The notes below the pieces were generated by a model. The model saw nothing but the letters and a program-made list of their open reading frames with translations. It did no database searches and had not been told where the DNA came from. Positions 41,751 to 51,621 of a DNA stretch of 64,000 nt are shown piece by piece (the stretch's first letter is position 1; each line of letters starts with the position of its first letter). The position numbers were made by a program, and so were the translations under genes. Origin of the DNA: a bacterium (lineage in GTDB: Bacteria; Auribacterota; UBA3054; JAPLST01); assembly GCA_026417575.1 (NCBI GenBank), contig JAOACZ010000128.1, forward strand, positions 5,127-69,126. Reading direction: 5' to 3'.

Positions 41751-44700
41751 TGGGGCGCTGGGCGAAGAGGAAAGCAGGATGGTGCGCATGGAGGCGTGGG
41801 TGAGGCGGTGGTTGGCATCGAGCAAGGCGGGGTACGTGTCTGGGGGAAAGACAGCAGGGCGTAGGCGGAGGTCCTGGGTCATGGGGAGGAGGTTGGTAGC
41901 ACTGCAATGCCACTTGGCACTGCAGCGGACGAAGCCAGTTTGTTGGGGGGCGTACCATGTGTACGTGGGCGGAAGTAACTCAGCGTGAGCGAAGGAAGTG
42001 GGCAGGTGTACGTGGGTGGTGATGGTTATTTCGTTGTCGCTGTCCCAGTAATACGGAGTTGAGCGTGTATCAGCCCGCAGGCCGGGCAAGCTGATTAAGC
42101 CGGCAGGCAAGGTGCCGTACAAACTTGTGCCGTCACGTACCAAGTAGCGTGGCACGTGGACAGTAAATTCCTCGACGCCCGGGTAGCGCTCGTGCTGGGT
42201 GTGGAGCGGGCCGATGGCGCGGGCGGCTTGAGAGATGTTAGCGACGAGTTCCAGGTAATGGCGACGGCGCTGTTCGGGCGTCATCTCAGTGTACTGTTTG
42301 CGAAACGCGCCGAACGAGGTGCCGTAGTAGACGCGCCGATACGTGAGGCGCGCGTCGCCTTGCTCGTCGACGGAGAGGTCGTAGAACAGTTCGGTGTGAG
42401 AGCGGCAGCGGCGGGGTGCGCGCACGCGAGTAAGCGTACCGGCCGGCAAGAGCAGCGCGGGCCGGCCATCATGACGTGTGACACCTAATTCGGCGTATTG
42501 GTCGGTGTCATTTAAGTACCACGTTTCGGCGCCACACAGGACGCGGACGAGGACGGTGGGGAACACGTGACGTTGCGGGCAGAGGAGGCGTGGGTTGTTT
42601 GGCCGGGTGAGGCGTGGCTCACTTGAGGCCAGGACGAATTCAGCTGTAACGCCGATGGCGCGAAGCATAGAGAGGTAAAGGATCGCGCGGTCTGCGCTAT
42701 GACCATAGCCATCATGGAGGGTGCGATCGGCGGGGGAGAGGGAGGTGAGTGGCATGGCAGGGAAGGGAGGCCCGGCGGCACGGATGTGTGTGGCGATGAA
42801 ATCACGCACCGCGCGGATTTTGGCGCGGCGACACGCGAGCCCCGCGGTGAGGGCTTGTGCGCGGGCGATCGCAGCGGTTTGCCCCTCGGTAGCACGGAGC
42901 AACGCGGCGTGCACTTCCGCTGCGTAGCGCTTCCAGGTACCGCAGGAGGCCACGACACCTGGGGCGAACATCCAGAGCGGGGGCTGATTTGGTTCTGGAG
43001 TGATTGGCGGTTGATTGGTCATTTCCCAGGTGTACTCGATGACAGCGTGGTTGCTGGCGATGGTTTCCATGACCTGGCCGCCGGGGGTGAAACAACGTGT
43101 GAAAGGCAACTCGAGCGGGACGCGGCAGCGCACACGCTTACGCTGGATCGGATCGAACGTGCGGAAGAGTGCGTAAAGGTCGCATGAGGGCCGGTGGCGC
43201 TGTGTGCGCTCCACGCAATACTCGATCGTACTGCCGATTTCCACGCCGGGCAAATTTACGACGAGGATTTTCTCGCCTGGGTAGCGCGGGGCCCTCCCTA
43301 CCCATGGGGCGTCCATGTAGTTGATTTCATTGGTGCTGGCAGTGAAGAGGCGGCCATCGGGCGTTGTCACGCGGGCGTAGTGGAGGGTGACCGTGTCCCA
43401 CACAGGATTGAAGGGAACTTTCAATTCGGCATGTTGTTTCTTACCGGCGTAGGTGAGGATCTGCTTTTTGACGCGTGTGAGGACACGTTGGGTGTGCGCA
43501 TCATGGACTTCATACAGTTCATCGGCGTCGTGAATAACGACGTCTCCGCGAGATGGGTCGGCCTCGCGCGCGAAAATAGCGCGTTTGCGGCGGTCGAACT
43601 CGATTGAGCGTAGAGCGTCTTTCAAGGCACGGTAGTCCTGAGGCGAGAACTCGACCAGGCGGAGTTGCTGGAGGGCGTGCGCATGGAGAACGCCGTCACG
43701 TACGGTCATCTGAGCCTGCCACACGAGGGAGGACGAGATGATGGCTTCGATGTGGGGGAGCGTGTGGACCGGCCCGGCCGCGCCATCCATGGTCAAACGG
43801 ATATTCTCGGAGACGCCGCAGGCGTACTTTGTTTCGAGGGGATACTTGCGCTCGTCCAGACCGGTTGCGCCAATGACGAAGTTGATCAGGCCGACGGAGG
43901 TGCCGAACCACAGAGGCGGCAACATGACGACTTGGGGGCCGACGATGGGGAATTCACGGGCTTCGTAGGTTAGGTGGACATGGAGGGGCTTGCTCATGTC
44001 GCGCAGTTCTCGTGGCGTGATTTCGCACGCGAGGATGCGTGCGCCAGGCACGACACGTTTGACGAGACCTTCAAACATGTGGCGGCGTTCTATTGGTTTC
44101 ATGCGCACCAGGGCGCTGCGGTACGCGTTGTCGTTAATACCGTCAAAGGAAAGCCGGGTTTGGGCGCGCAGCGTACCGTCGCGAGAAAGCTCCCCGGTCG
44201 TTTTGATGCGCATCATATTGGCCTCGGCTGGTATGATTGGGGAGACGCGTAAACAGTCGCCCGCGGGCTTCGCAACTAAATAACTCCGATCACATAAGTA
44301 CGCAGGGAGAAGTTCTTTGGTGGTTTCGTCGGTAGGATCCATGAGTGTGTACGAGCCGTCGGCTTCTTCCACAGCGACGACGGCGTGATTAAAGAAGGGC
44401 TGAGGCACCTCAGGATCTTTCTTGGGACCGATGTACATGAGGACAGGGTAGGCTTTGAAGCCAGCGAGGCGGAGCAAGGCAACTAGTAATGCGCCTTTGT
44501 CGCGACAGACACCGTATTTATTTTCGAAGGTGACGCAGACATCGTGGGGTTCGTAGCCGGGAGCTTCAGTTTCGGTGGTGATACCCATGTAGCGAATGTT
44601 TTGAGAGACGTAGTAGAAGAGGGCTTCGAGGCGGGCGCGGTCGTTTGTCAGGCCGGCGGTGAGTTCGGCGACGAAGTTGCTCATTGCGGGGGTGGTGGCG

Positions 44701-45539
44701 GCGAGGCGTGGAGCACAGAGGGCGTGATACCAGCGGGAGACCGTGGCCCAATCAGGAATGGTACTTACGAGCAAACGTTGTACGACGGTGTGGAGCGCGG
44801 GCATGTTTGGTTCTGGAAACATTCGGGGCACATTGCGTACTTTCCAGAGGTAGAAGTTAGTGCCGCCAGCCGAGTGCATGCTTGCGACGACGGTATTGGA
44901 CACAGGGGCCTTAATCACGAGGTGAACGAGGGGACGGCTGGTGGGCCCCCAAATTTCGTAGGTGCTATGGAGGATTGGTGAAGTGAGTTCGAAGAGGGTG
45001 TAATCACTGAAGGTGTCGGGCATGCGGGCTTTGGTGGTAATACGACGCACGACGTAGCGGCACAAGTCACCTGGTTCGAGCCCGGGGATGCTGACATGGA
45101 GGACTTTGCTCTGGGGGTCGAAAATATTTTTGTTCATCTGTGCATCATCTATGGTGATGCGACTTTGGGCGCTGAGATTGACAGGGATGATGCGGCCGTC
45201 TGGTTTGAGGAGTTCCACGAGCTCCACCATGGCGGTGCCGTAGCTGACATTAAAATGAATGGAGAGTGTGCGATTATCGCGCGCGCCTTTATCGGTGAGG
45301 ACTTTCACACAAGTGTCGGCGAGGCTTTCCCAGGTTCCGTTCGCGGCGTAGATGATGCGGGTGTGGTCGTCGACAAGGACGTCATCGGCGTCAGGGAAGG
45401 CAGCGCGGGTAATGTGAGCGCTCGTACGTTGCAAGGATGCGCGGTCGAGCAGGCCGATGGAGGGGGTGCTAAGGGCAAGGTGGGCTCCCAAGAGCACCGC
45501 GACGAGCACGCTCACGGCGTGCTTAGATGCAGTCTTCAT
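41748..45539 (-). CDS. Giant (1263-aa) secreted protein containing two tandem DUF3857 / transglutaminase-like / DUF3858-type modules
   Basis: A signal peptide is followed by a first module with a transglutaminase-core cysteine (YGVCRDKGALLVALLRLAGFKA). A second paralogous module has the Cys replaced (DGYGHSADRAILYLSMLRAIGV). Confidence 0.6.
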   Translation of the reverse strand: MKTASKHAVSVLVAVLLGAHLALSTPSIGLLDRASLQRTSAHITRAAFPDADDVLVDDHTRIIYAANGTWESLADTCVKVLTDKGARDNRTLSIHFNVSYGTAMVELVELLKPDGRIIPVNLSAQSRITIDDAQMNKNIFDPQSKVLHVSIPGLEPGDLCRYVVRRITTKARMPDTFSDYTLFELTSPILHSTYEIWGPTSRPLVHLVIKAPVSNTVVASMHSAGGTNFYLWKVRNVPRMFPEPNMPALHTVVQRLLVSTIPDWATVSRWYHALCAPRLAATTPAMSNFVAELTAGLTNDRARLEALFYYVSQNIRYMGITTETEAPGYEPHDVCVTFENKYGVCRDKGALLVALLRLAGFKAYPVLMYIGPKKDPEVPQPFFNHAVVAVEEADGSYTLMDPTDETTKELLPAYLCDRSYLVAKPAGDCLRVSPIIPAEANMMRIKTTGELSRDGTLRAQTRLSFDGINDNAYRSALVRMKPIERRHMFEGLVKRVVPGARILACEITPRELRDMSKPLHVHLTYEAREFPIVGPQVVMLPPLWFGTSVGLINFVIGATGLDERKYPLETKYACGVSENIRLTMDGAAGPVHTLPHIEAIISSSLVWQAQMTVRDGVLHAHALQQLRLVEFSPQDYRALKDALRSIEFDRRKRAIFAREADPSRGDVVIHDADELYEVHDAHTQRVLTRVKKQILTYAGKKQHAELKVPFNPVWDTVTLHYARVTTPDGRLFTASTNEINYMDAPWVGRAPRYPGEKILVVNLPGVEIGSTIEYCVERTQRHRPSCDLYALFRTFDPIQRKRVRCRVPLELPFTRCFTPGGQVMETIASNHAVIEYTWEMTNQPPITPEPNQPPLWMFAPGVVASCGTWKRYAAEVHAALLRATEGQTAAIARAQALTAGLACRRAKIRAVRDFIATHIRAAGPPFPAMPLTSLSPADRTLHDGYGHSADRAILYLSMLRAIGVTAEFVLASSEPRLTRPNNPRLLCPQRHVFPTVLVRVLCGAETWYLNDTDQYAELGVTRHDGRPALLLPAGTLTRVRAPRRCRSHTELFYDLSVDEQGDARLTYRRVYYGTSFGAFRKQYTEMTPEQRRRHYLELVANISQAARAIGPLHTQHERYPGVEEFTVHVPRYLVRDGTSLYGTLPAGLISLPGLRADTRSTPYYWDSDNEITITTHVHLPTSFAHAELLPPTYTWYAPQQTGFVRCSAKWHCSATNLLPMTQDLRLRPAVFPPDTYPALLDANHRLTHASMRTILLSSSPSAP

Positions 45540-45815
45540 AGCGAAGCCTCGTGGTTACGCGTTCATTATACTGATTCTGCCTTGCACAGGTAAAGGAGAG
45601 GCGGCCGGCAGGCGAGAGATGTAGCGATGCAGCGGGAGGGAGAGGAACGCGTGCTGATTGTGTGACGGAGCGGCGATTTTTGCGCAAAACTTGCTCGGGA
45701 AAGTGTTGCATGGAGAGCTTTCAACAATTGATGGTTTTGACGTGAGTGATGCGGAGATGGGGGGACGAACATTGCGGCGGAAGCGATCAAGCGACAAAAA
45801 GAGGAGATTGCAGAT

Positions 45816-46062
45816 GACAAAAAATGTCGTTTGAGACGGCGAGGTGTTGAGGTAGGTAGTGCGAAAGCGACGCGGGCAACGGGCTGGTTCCTGCAAAGGC
45901 TTCAGTCAACGAAAAATGTCGTTTGCAATCGGCAAAAAGTGTCGATTGAAGAGCGGGTAGTGGCGGCGTATGGAGTTCAGATGAACCTGGCTGGGGAGTG
46001 GAACAAATGTTCTTTGGCCAGCAAATTGGAACGACGAAAAATGTCGTTTGCAGAGGAGCTGA
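45816..46062. repeat. Three copies, plus one degenerate copy, of a palindromic 17-19-mer (consensus AACGAcGAAAAATGTCGTTTGcA) in the promoter region of the transglutaminase-like gene
   Basis: The copies sit at 45816-45834, 45908-45927 and 46044-46062, with a degenerate copy at 45931-45949. The arms AACGA/TCGTT form a dyad. Spacings between copies are irregular, at 92 and 136 bp. Confidence 0.6.
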
Positions 46063-46132
46063 AAGGCCGATTAAGAGGATACGAGAGGTGGTTGACAGCG
46101 ATTTGATCGCGCGGGAGGGCAGGGCCGGCGCG

Positions 46133-49100
46133 TTACTGTTTTTTCTCCGGGGGGGGTAAGGGGATGTTGTCGAGCAAACCGCGGATCATCTTCACACCCG
46201 TGCCGAGTTCCTTGCGAATAGCTTCCGTAGGGAGTTTGTCGATGACATTTTGGAACAGGGCGCGCGGGTCGAGGCCGAGGAGGGGCATGAATTGGTCAAG
46301 TAAGGAGTTGTAGGGCAAGCCAATTTGTGGCTCTTTGAAAGTCCCGGTGATGGGGATGGGGAGGGGCAAATCGTAGTAGCGGCCGAGCTCGCCCGAGAAA
46401 GGCAGTTTATTATCGAGGAGATCGGTGATGCCTTTGGCGGTGAGGGCGAGATGCATCATCAGGTCGAGTTGCTGAGCGAAGGTGACGTTGCCACGGAGAC
46501 TGATGCGCGCGAGTGGGCCCTGCAAGGCGACAGAGGTAAGATGGACGATGCCGGTGTGAATGGAGATGCGAGCGAGGGCATCGCCGACAGTATAATTCTC
46601 GAGGGCTTCGAGATGCAGGGCGCGACCGACGGCGGAGAGGACGGGGACGTTGACGAGGCGGCCATTTGTCATATCGGCGTTGAGTGAGCCGCGGAGGTTG
46701 CGGGAGAGACTTGGGAGACGGATGCCGCGACCGGCGAGTGTGAGCTCTGTGGCGAGCAGGCCGTCAATGGTATCGCGGCGGTCTGGGGTGAATGTATTGA
46801 AGATAGGTTGGAGGGGGAGGTTGGTGAGGGAGAGGGCGAGGCGATAAGCGTAGCCAGTGAGAGTGAGATCAGCGTCTGCGGAGAGGTCAATCCGGCCGCC
46901 ATTGAGGCGGAGTTCTGGTGTACGGAGGGTGAGTTGGCCATTGTTGAGAGAGAGGTCGAGGTAGAGGGGGAGGAAGAGGAGCTCGCGGGCGCGGAGTTCT
47001 TCAATGCGTACGCGGACAGAGGCGTCACGGCCGTAGAGGGGGAGGGGTGGAGGTTCAGGTGCTGGGGTGGTGGTAGGCGGAGTGTGGGGGGGTGAAGATT
47101 CGCGGGGAGTGGGAGTGGGCTGAGGGGGTTTTGGGGGCATAAAGGTATCGAGCAACACGGTTGCATCGAATTGAGGGGAGGAGAGGGTAAGTGAGGTGGG
47201 AGCGTTGGTGGGCACGAGCATGACTTCGCCGTGGAGGCTGAGTTTGTTGTCGCTGAAGCGGGCGGGCTGGAGGTCGAGGGTACAGCGGGGGAGGCGAAGG
47301 AGGTCGGGGCGGAGTGCGGCGTGAAGATTGAGGCGCAGCTTATCCCAGTCTGAGGATGTGCGGCGGGCGGTGTTTTCGATGGCGAGGTCGAGGCCGATTT
47401 GTTGGGCTTTGCGGCTGGGGTCAGCTTTTTCGGTGAGAAGCTGGAGGGTAATATCGAGGCCTGCGAGGCGAGGGTTCTGTCTTTTTGGGTCGAGAAGTGG
47501 TTGGAGGACGGTGCTGGAGAGTTTAGCGATGGCGAGAGCAAGGCGATTTGTGCCGGTGGGCAAGTCATAGAAACCACCGAGAGCGATTTGGCCAGCGGGA
47601 ATGTTGTCGTTAGCGATTTGGGCACTGGCGCGGTCTATGACGATGTGCTTGAACTGAGACAGGTTGGCGGCCCAATTGAGGGCGAGATCGAGGTCATTCC
47701 AGTGCGCCTGGTGGAGCTGGAGATTGAGGTCGCCGATAGAGAGGGAGCCACGCGCGGCGAGTGAGGAACCGAAATCGACAACATCGCAGGTGGCGCGGGC
47801 GGAGCAGACACCGGCATTGAAGCGAGAGGGGGTTGAGCGGAGGAAGGCGTTAAGTTGGGATAGATCAAAACGGTCGAGGACGAGCTCGAGGGAGGCTTTT
47901 TCGGAGGTAGCGCGGCGGGCAGCGGTTTTCCAGCAGAAGGTGACGGGTTGGAGGGTACGGGCGGTAAGCAACGTACGTTGGTGTTGGGCTGCGGTGATGA
48001 GGAGATCGGGGAGGGCGAGTTGGCCGAGACGGAGATCGAGAGTGGTGGAGGTGCGAGCGGTGAGGTCGAGCGGGGGCAAGAAAGAGCCATCGGGGGCACG
48101 CAGGCGGAGTTGTGTGAGGCGAGCGGAGAGCTGGGCGGTGAGGGTCTGGGCGTCGGCGCGAGCGAGGGTAGCGAGGGTCACATCGGCGCGAGTGTCACTG
48201 ATGTCGAGCGGTGCGGAAGGCCCGAGCAGGGCCTGCCAGAACGGGCTGGCGTTAAGTTTTAACATGAGTTGATTGTTAATGAGCTGCTGGGCGACGTCAA
48301 GCGAGCCTGTGAGGGAGAGGAAGGCGAGGAGGTCGTTCTGCCAGCGCAGGGTGGCGTCACAGCGGCTCAATTCGAAGCGATCCACACCGCGCTGATGGAG
48401 GTCGATGGAGCAGAGCAGGGTGAGTGGCGTGACATCAAATTGATCGAGGCGACCGAGCAAATTAGAGGCAGTGCAAGAGAAAGTGAGGGAAGACGGGATG
48501 ATGGTGTCTTCAAAGCGCGTATCGAGGCGCAAAGAGAGGGGGACGCGGGAGAGGAGGATGCGGTGGCCATCGGTGAAGGCGAGGGAAGCATCGAGGACAA
48601 GTGAGCCGCGGCGATGGGGGCCGATGCGCTGGGCGGTGAGAGAAAGGCCGGTGATATCGGCATGGGTTCCGGAGAGATCGAAGTAGGTGATGCGGGCATT
48701 GCGGACACGGAGTTCACCGATTGCGACGGGGACGGGGATATTGGGCAAGCGCGGGGGCGGGATGGGTTGTTCGGCACGTGGTGGGCGGGGTGGTGGGGTG
48801 GGGGGCTCGGCGGGTGCTTCTGGGGGGCGCGCGGCGAGACCGATGACGGGGCGGTCAATGATTATGCGATCAATGTGGAGGGGGGAGTCGAGGAGGGCGG
48901 GCAATGTATAACGGACATCGAGTGAGTGAACTTCGATTAGCACGTTGGTCGCGGCGTCGTCGGGCGAGATTTGCTGGATCCGCAGGCCTTCGAGCGCCAG
49001 CGATGACCAGAGGCGTAGGCGCCAGCCTGCGAGACTAACATGATAGGGCGTGAAGCGATTCACTATCGGGACAACGATCCTGCGGACAACAAAGGAGGAG

Positions 49101-49192
49101 TGAATCGCGAGAACAATCAGTACAAGCAGCACCACAACCGCGCCGCCGCCGCCGCCGACGATCCGTAGAACACGCCTGAGCCAACGTTTCAT
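46133..49192 (-). CDS. AsmA/TamB-like large envelope protein
   Basis: 1019 aa with an N-terminal TM anchor (VVVLLVLIVLAI) and a long beta-rich periplasmic region with the AsmA-like repetitive character. Its start overlaps the DsbD stop by 4 nt. Confidence 0.5.
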   Translation of the reverse strand: MKRWLRRVLRIVGGGGGAVVVLLVLIVLAIHSSFVVRRIVVPIVNRFTPYHVSLAGWRLRLWSSLALEGLRIQQISPDDAATNVLIEVHSLDVRYTLPALLDSPLHIDRIIIDRPVIGLAARPPEAPAEPPTPPPRPPRAEQPIPPPRLPNIPVPVAIGELRVRNARITYFDLSGTHADITGLSLTAQRIGPHRRGSLVLDASLAFTDGHRILLSRVPLSLRLDTRFEDTIIPSSLTFSCTASNLLGRLDQFDVTPLTLLCSIDLHQRGVDRFELSRCDATLRWQNDLLAFLSLTGSLDVAQQLINNQLMLKLNASPFWQALLGPSAPLDISDTRADVTLATLARADAQTLTAQLSARLTQLRLRAPDGSFLPPLDLTARTSTTLDLRLGQLALPDLLITAAQHQRTLLTARTLQPVTFCWKTAARRATSEKASLELVLDRFDLSQLNAFLRSTPSRFNAGVCSARATCDVVDFGSSLAARGSLSIGDLNLQLHQAHWNDLDLALNWAANLSQFKHIVIDRASAQIANDNIPAGQIALGGFYDLPTGTNRLALAIAKLSSTVLQPLLDPKRQNPRLAGLDITLQLLTEKADPSRKAQQIGLDLAIENTARRTSSDWDKLRLNLHAALRPDLLRLPRCTLDLQPARFSDNKLSLHGEVMLVPTNAPTSLTLSSPQFDATVLLDTFMPPKPPQPTPTPRESSPPHTPPTTTPAPEPPPLPLYGRDASVRVRIEELRARELLFLPLYLDLSLNNGQLTLRTPELRLNGGRIDLSADADLTLTGYAYRLALSLTNLPLQPIFNTFTPDRRDTIDGLLATELTLAGRGIRLPSLSRNLRGSLNADMTNGRLVNVPVLSAVGRALHLEALENYTVGDALARISIHTGIVHLTSVALQGPLARISLRGNVTFAQQLDLMMHLALTAKGITDLLDNKLPFSGELGRYYDLPLPIPITGTFKEPQIGLPYNSLLDQFMPLLGLDPRALFQNVIDKLPTEAIRKELGTGVKMIRGLLDNIPLPPPEKKQ

Positions 49193-50781
49193 GGCGATGT
49201 GCTCTCTGGCTGAAGGATTAAGAATGTTGGCAGTCCTTTCACGCCGAAGTAGGCCAGGATCTCTTTTGTCGGGGACTGGGTAGGAACTTCAGCTATGTAC
49301 TTAATTTTAATATAGCGCACTAAGCGCTCGTTCACCCGTGCATTTCGGAAGGTGGTTGCGTCCATGGCGAGACAGTTTTTACACCAGGATGCCCAGAAGT
49401 CGAGGAACACCGGCTGGCGTGTGCGTTGAGCGATAGTAAGGCCTTCGACGAGAGAAGTTACCCAGCCGGGATGAGCCGACGGCGTTGGGGAAACGACGCG
49501 CGAGCGTGCGCGCAAGAGACGAACGCCCTCATACCCATACCAAAGCGCAATAATGAAGATAAGCGCGCCGAATGCGTATTTGACCTTGTTCATCCACGCA
49601 CCAGGCTTCGGCAAAAGGGTCAAGCCAGCCCCGGCGAGCGGCCAGGGTAAAGCCATGCCAAGCCCCAAGATGAATGGAAGGAGCATACCCGCCCATAGAC
49701 CGCGCGCGTACATGTCCATCGCCAGCACGAGAACTTGAATGACGACAGGGGCGACACATGCGCCAGCTAAAAGGGCAGCGATGGCGCCTAGCACAAAGGC
49801 CACGATCAACGATCCTTGCTTTGGTGCGACGGCGATCTGCCCCCGATACCGTGTGAAGTCGATGGTGATTACATCACACATAGCGAGTGCCAGGACGCCA
49901 AACAAGAGAGCGACGGCAAGATTGAACCATGGTGAGGCGTTAAGCGTGCCAAACTGAGCCCCAGTCAGTGCTACGACCACGCCCAGGGTACCGTAAGCGA
50001 GGGCCATACCGGCGCCGTACATGGCGCCGAGGAAGAAACCGCGCATGCGTGAACCCGCACGCGCGCCCGCACCAAGTACGGCGAGATTGACGGGAATCAT
50101 GGGCAACACGCAGGGCGTTAAATTTAGTGCGACACCACCGAGCAGGATGAGCAGTAAAGAAAGCCAGATACGTTGGCGCTGGAAGCGACTGAGGACAGAT
50201 TCTTCAGGTGGGGCGGAGCCTTCTGCACGATCCAGGAAAGCGAGAAAGTCACGGGCTGCGAGGTAACCGGAGGCTGTGCCGACGACGCGGAATCCACGCG
50301 CGAGAGTCTGCCAGTCTGCATCGAGAGGGGCCCCCAGTGTTGCAGGACGAACGACCGCGGATATCATGCCGTTGGGGCTGACGTTAAAGTGCCGTGTTAC
50401 GGGCGGGAAGCAAATCAGCTCGGCAGCGCTGCAGCCTTGGTACTGAACCGTCACAACCGTGGTGGTGGGTGGGCCTGTCAGGAAGTAGCGCGCTGTGAAA
50501 GATTCGTGATAGAGCGAGGTTTCTTCTTGTGTAAGGGGATCGAGTTTCCTGACGGGTGCAGGGATGTCGAGCGGTGCGAGCACGTGCGGCGGATTCGCGG
50601 CTACGCGGAGTGTATGCGCATAGAGATAATGCTGGGGTGGAACGACGTAGGTAACCGTGAGGACCGTACCGGAGGGTGTCTGTGCTTCGGAGGCAATGTG
50701 CACATCGAAAGGTGCATCGGCGCGGACAGCAAGTGCAGGAATCGCGACAAGCAAGACGAGTGAGCACCACATGAAGCGCAT
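49189..50781 (-). CDS. dsbD: Thiol:disulfide interchange protein DsbD (alpha, TM-beta and thioredoxin-gamma domains)
   Basis: After the signal peptide, the alpha domain has a Cys pair (YQGCSAAELICFPP), the TM core has paired cysteines (NLTPCVLPMIP; LAGACVAPVV) and the C-terminal thioredoxin fold carries WASWCKNC. Confidence 0.8.
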   Translation of the reverse strand: MRFMWCSLVLLVAIPALAVRADAPFDVHIASEAQTPSGTVLTVTYVVPPQHYLYAHTLRVAANPPHVLAPLDIPAPVRKLDPLTQEETSLYHESFTARYFLTGPPTTTVVTVQYQGCSAAELICFPPVTRHFNVSPNGMISAVVRPATLGAPLDADWQTLARGFRVVGTASGYLAARDFLAFLDRAEGSAPPEESVLSRFQRQRIWLSLLLILLGGVALNLTPCVLPMIPVNLAVLGAGARAGSRMRGFFLGAMYGAGMALAYGTLGVVVALTGAQFGTLNASPWFNLAVALLFGVLALAMCDVITIDFTRYRGQIAVAPKQGSLIVAFVLGAIAALLAGACVAPVVIQVLVLAMDMYARGLWAGMLLPFILGLGMALPWPLAGAGLTLLPKPGAWMNKVKYAFGALIFIIALWYGYEGVRLLRARSRVVSPTPSAHPGWVTSLVEGLTIAQRTRQPVFLDFWASWCKNCLAMDATTFRNARVNERLVRYIKIKYIAEVPTQSPTKEILAYFGVKGLPTFLILQPESTSP

Positions 50782-50799
50782 GTCGAGGAGTCCCGCCGG

Positions 50800-51030
50800 C
50801 TATCCGCTCATTTTACAACTTCCGCAGCCGGCAGAGGGGCATGTAGGCAATTGCTCCCGCATACCACACGCAGTCGGGGCATTAGTTGTGACGGCGAAGG
50901 TAGTCAACTGAAGTGTAACCTCGCGGCTGTTGCAGTGCGGGCAACGCTGTTTATTGCGCTCCTTATAACTTGGCACGAGGATTTCTGACTGATTTCCACA
51001 AGCGCGACAATGATAGACGTAGAGAGGCAT
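50800..51030 (-). CDS. FmdB-family zinc-ribbon protein
   Basis: MPLYVYHCRACGNQSE...CPHCNS is the classic CxxC-x(n)-CxxC FmdB N-terminus. 76 aa. Confidence 0.7.
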   Translation of the reverse strand: MPLYVYHCRACGNQSEILVPSYKERNKQRCPHCNSREVTLQLTTFAVTTNAPTACGMREQLPTCPSAGCGSCKMSG

Positions 51031-51048
51031 AGGGTAATTGAGAAAGGG

Positions 51049-51597
51049 TTACTTACGATGTGGTGGAATGGTGCCTGGAGCGAGCAGTTTGGTTTCAATC
51101 ATGAAGGCAAGGCGATCAGGCTTCGTAGTACCAACGAGGCGATACTGTTCACGGCCGGCGCGGAAGAAGACAAAGGTCGGAACAGAGAGGATAGTGTATT
51201 GAGGTTCGAGCTTGCGCAGGGCGGGCTTACTGATGTCCACTTCGGCCACGCACACTTGGTCAGCAAAGTCACGTGCCATGCGATGCAGAGTGGGGAGCAT
51301 CATGACGCAGGGTGCGGACTTGCGCTGATGAAACATGACCAGGACAGGGAAGGAGTTACTAAGGACTTCGCGGACAAACTCAGCGGGTAGTTCGACGGAG
51401 AACACCGCGCCGGTGGTACTGGTGCGGAGAGGTTGGCCAGTGGCCGGCGTGACGAAATTAGCGAGTGTGGTGGTTCCTTGTGCTGTGGGAGGGGCCGCGG
51501 GCGGCGTGGTGGTCGGGTTCTCGCGTGAACAGCCGGCCATCACGCCGATCATCGTCATCGCGCTCAGCCACGCTGTGCCAACCTTCCGCGCCCGCAT
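51049..51597 (-). CDS. Thioredoxin-fold lipoprotein with a single active-site cysteine (SAPC instead of CxxC)
   Basis: A lipobox (VMAGC) is followed by a Pro/Thr-rich linker and a thioredoxin-like core (VLVMFHQRKSAPCVMMLP...ILSVPTFVFF). The first Cys of the CxxC motif is absent. Confidence 0.55.
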   Translation of the reverse strand: MRARKVGTAWLSAMTMIGVMAGCSRENPTTTPPAAPPTAQGTTTLANFVTPATGQPLRTSTTGAVFSVELPAEFVREVLSNSFPVLVMFHQRKSAPCVMMLPTLHRMARDFADQVCVAEVDISKPALRKLEPQYTILSVPTFVFFRAGREQYRLVGTTKPDRLAFMIETKLLAPGTIPPHRK

Positions 51598-51621
51598 CAG
51601 ACCCCTGACGGTGCGATTAGT

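Noticed and set aside
45816-46062. A CRISPR array
   Set aside because: There are only three to four copies, each 17-19 bp and palindromic, with irregular spacing (92 and 136 bp), in a promoter region, and no cas genes.
46669-47625. 318-aa Pro/Ser-rich ORF on the minus strand
   Set aside because: It lies entirely inside the AsmA-like gene in another frame. Its low-complexity composition is typical of alternate-frame translation of GC-rich DNA.
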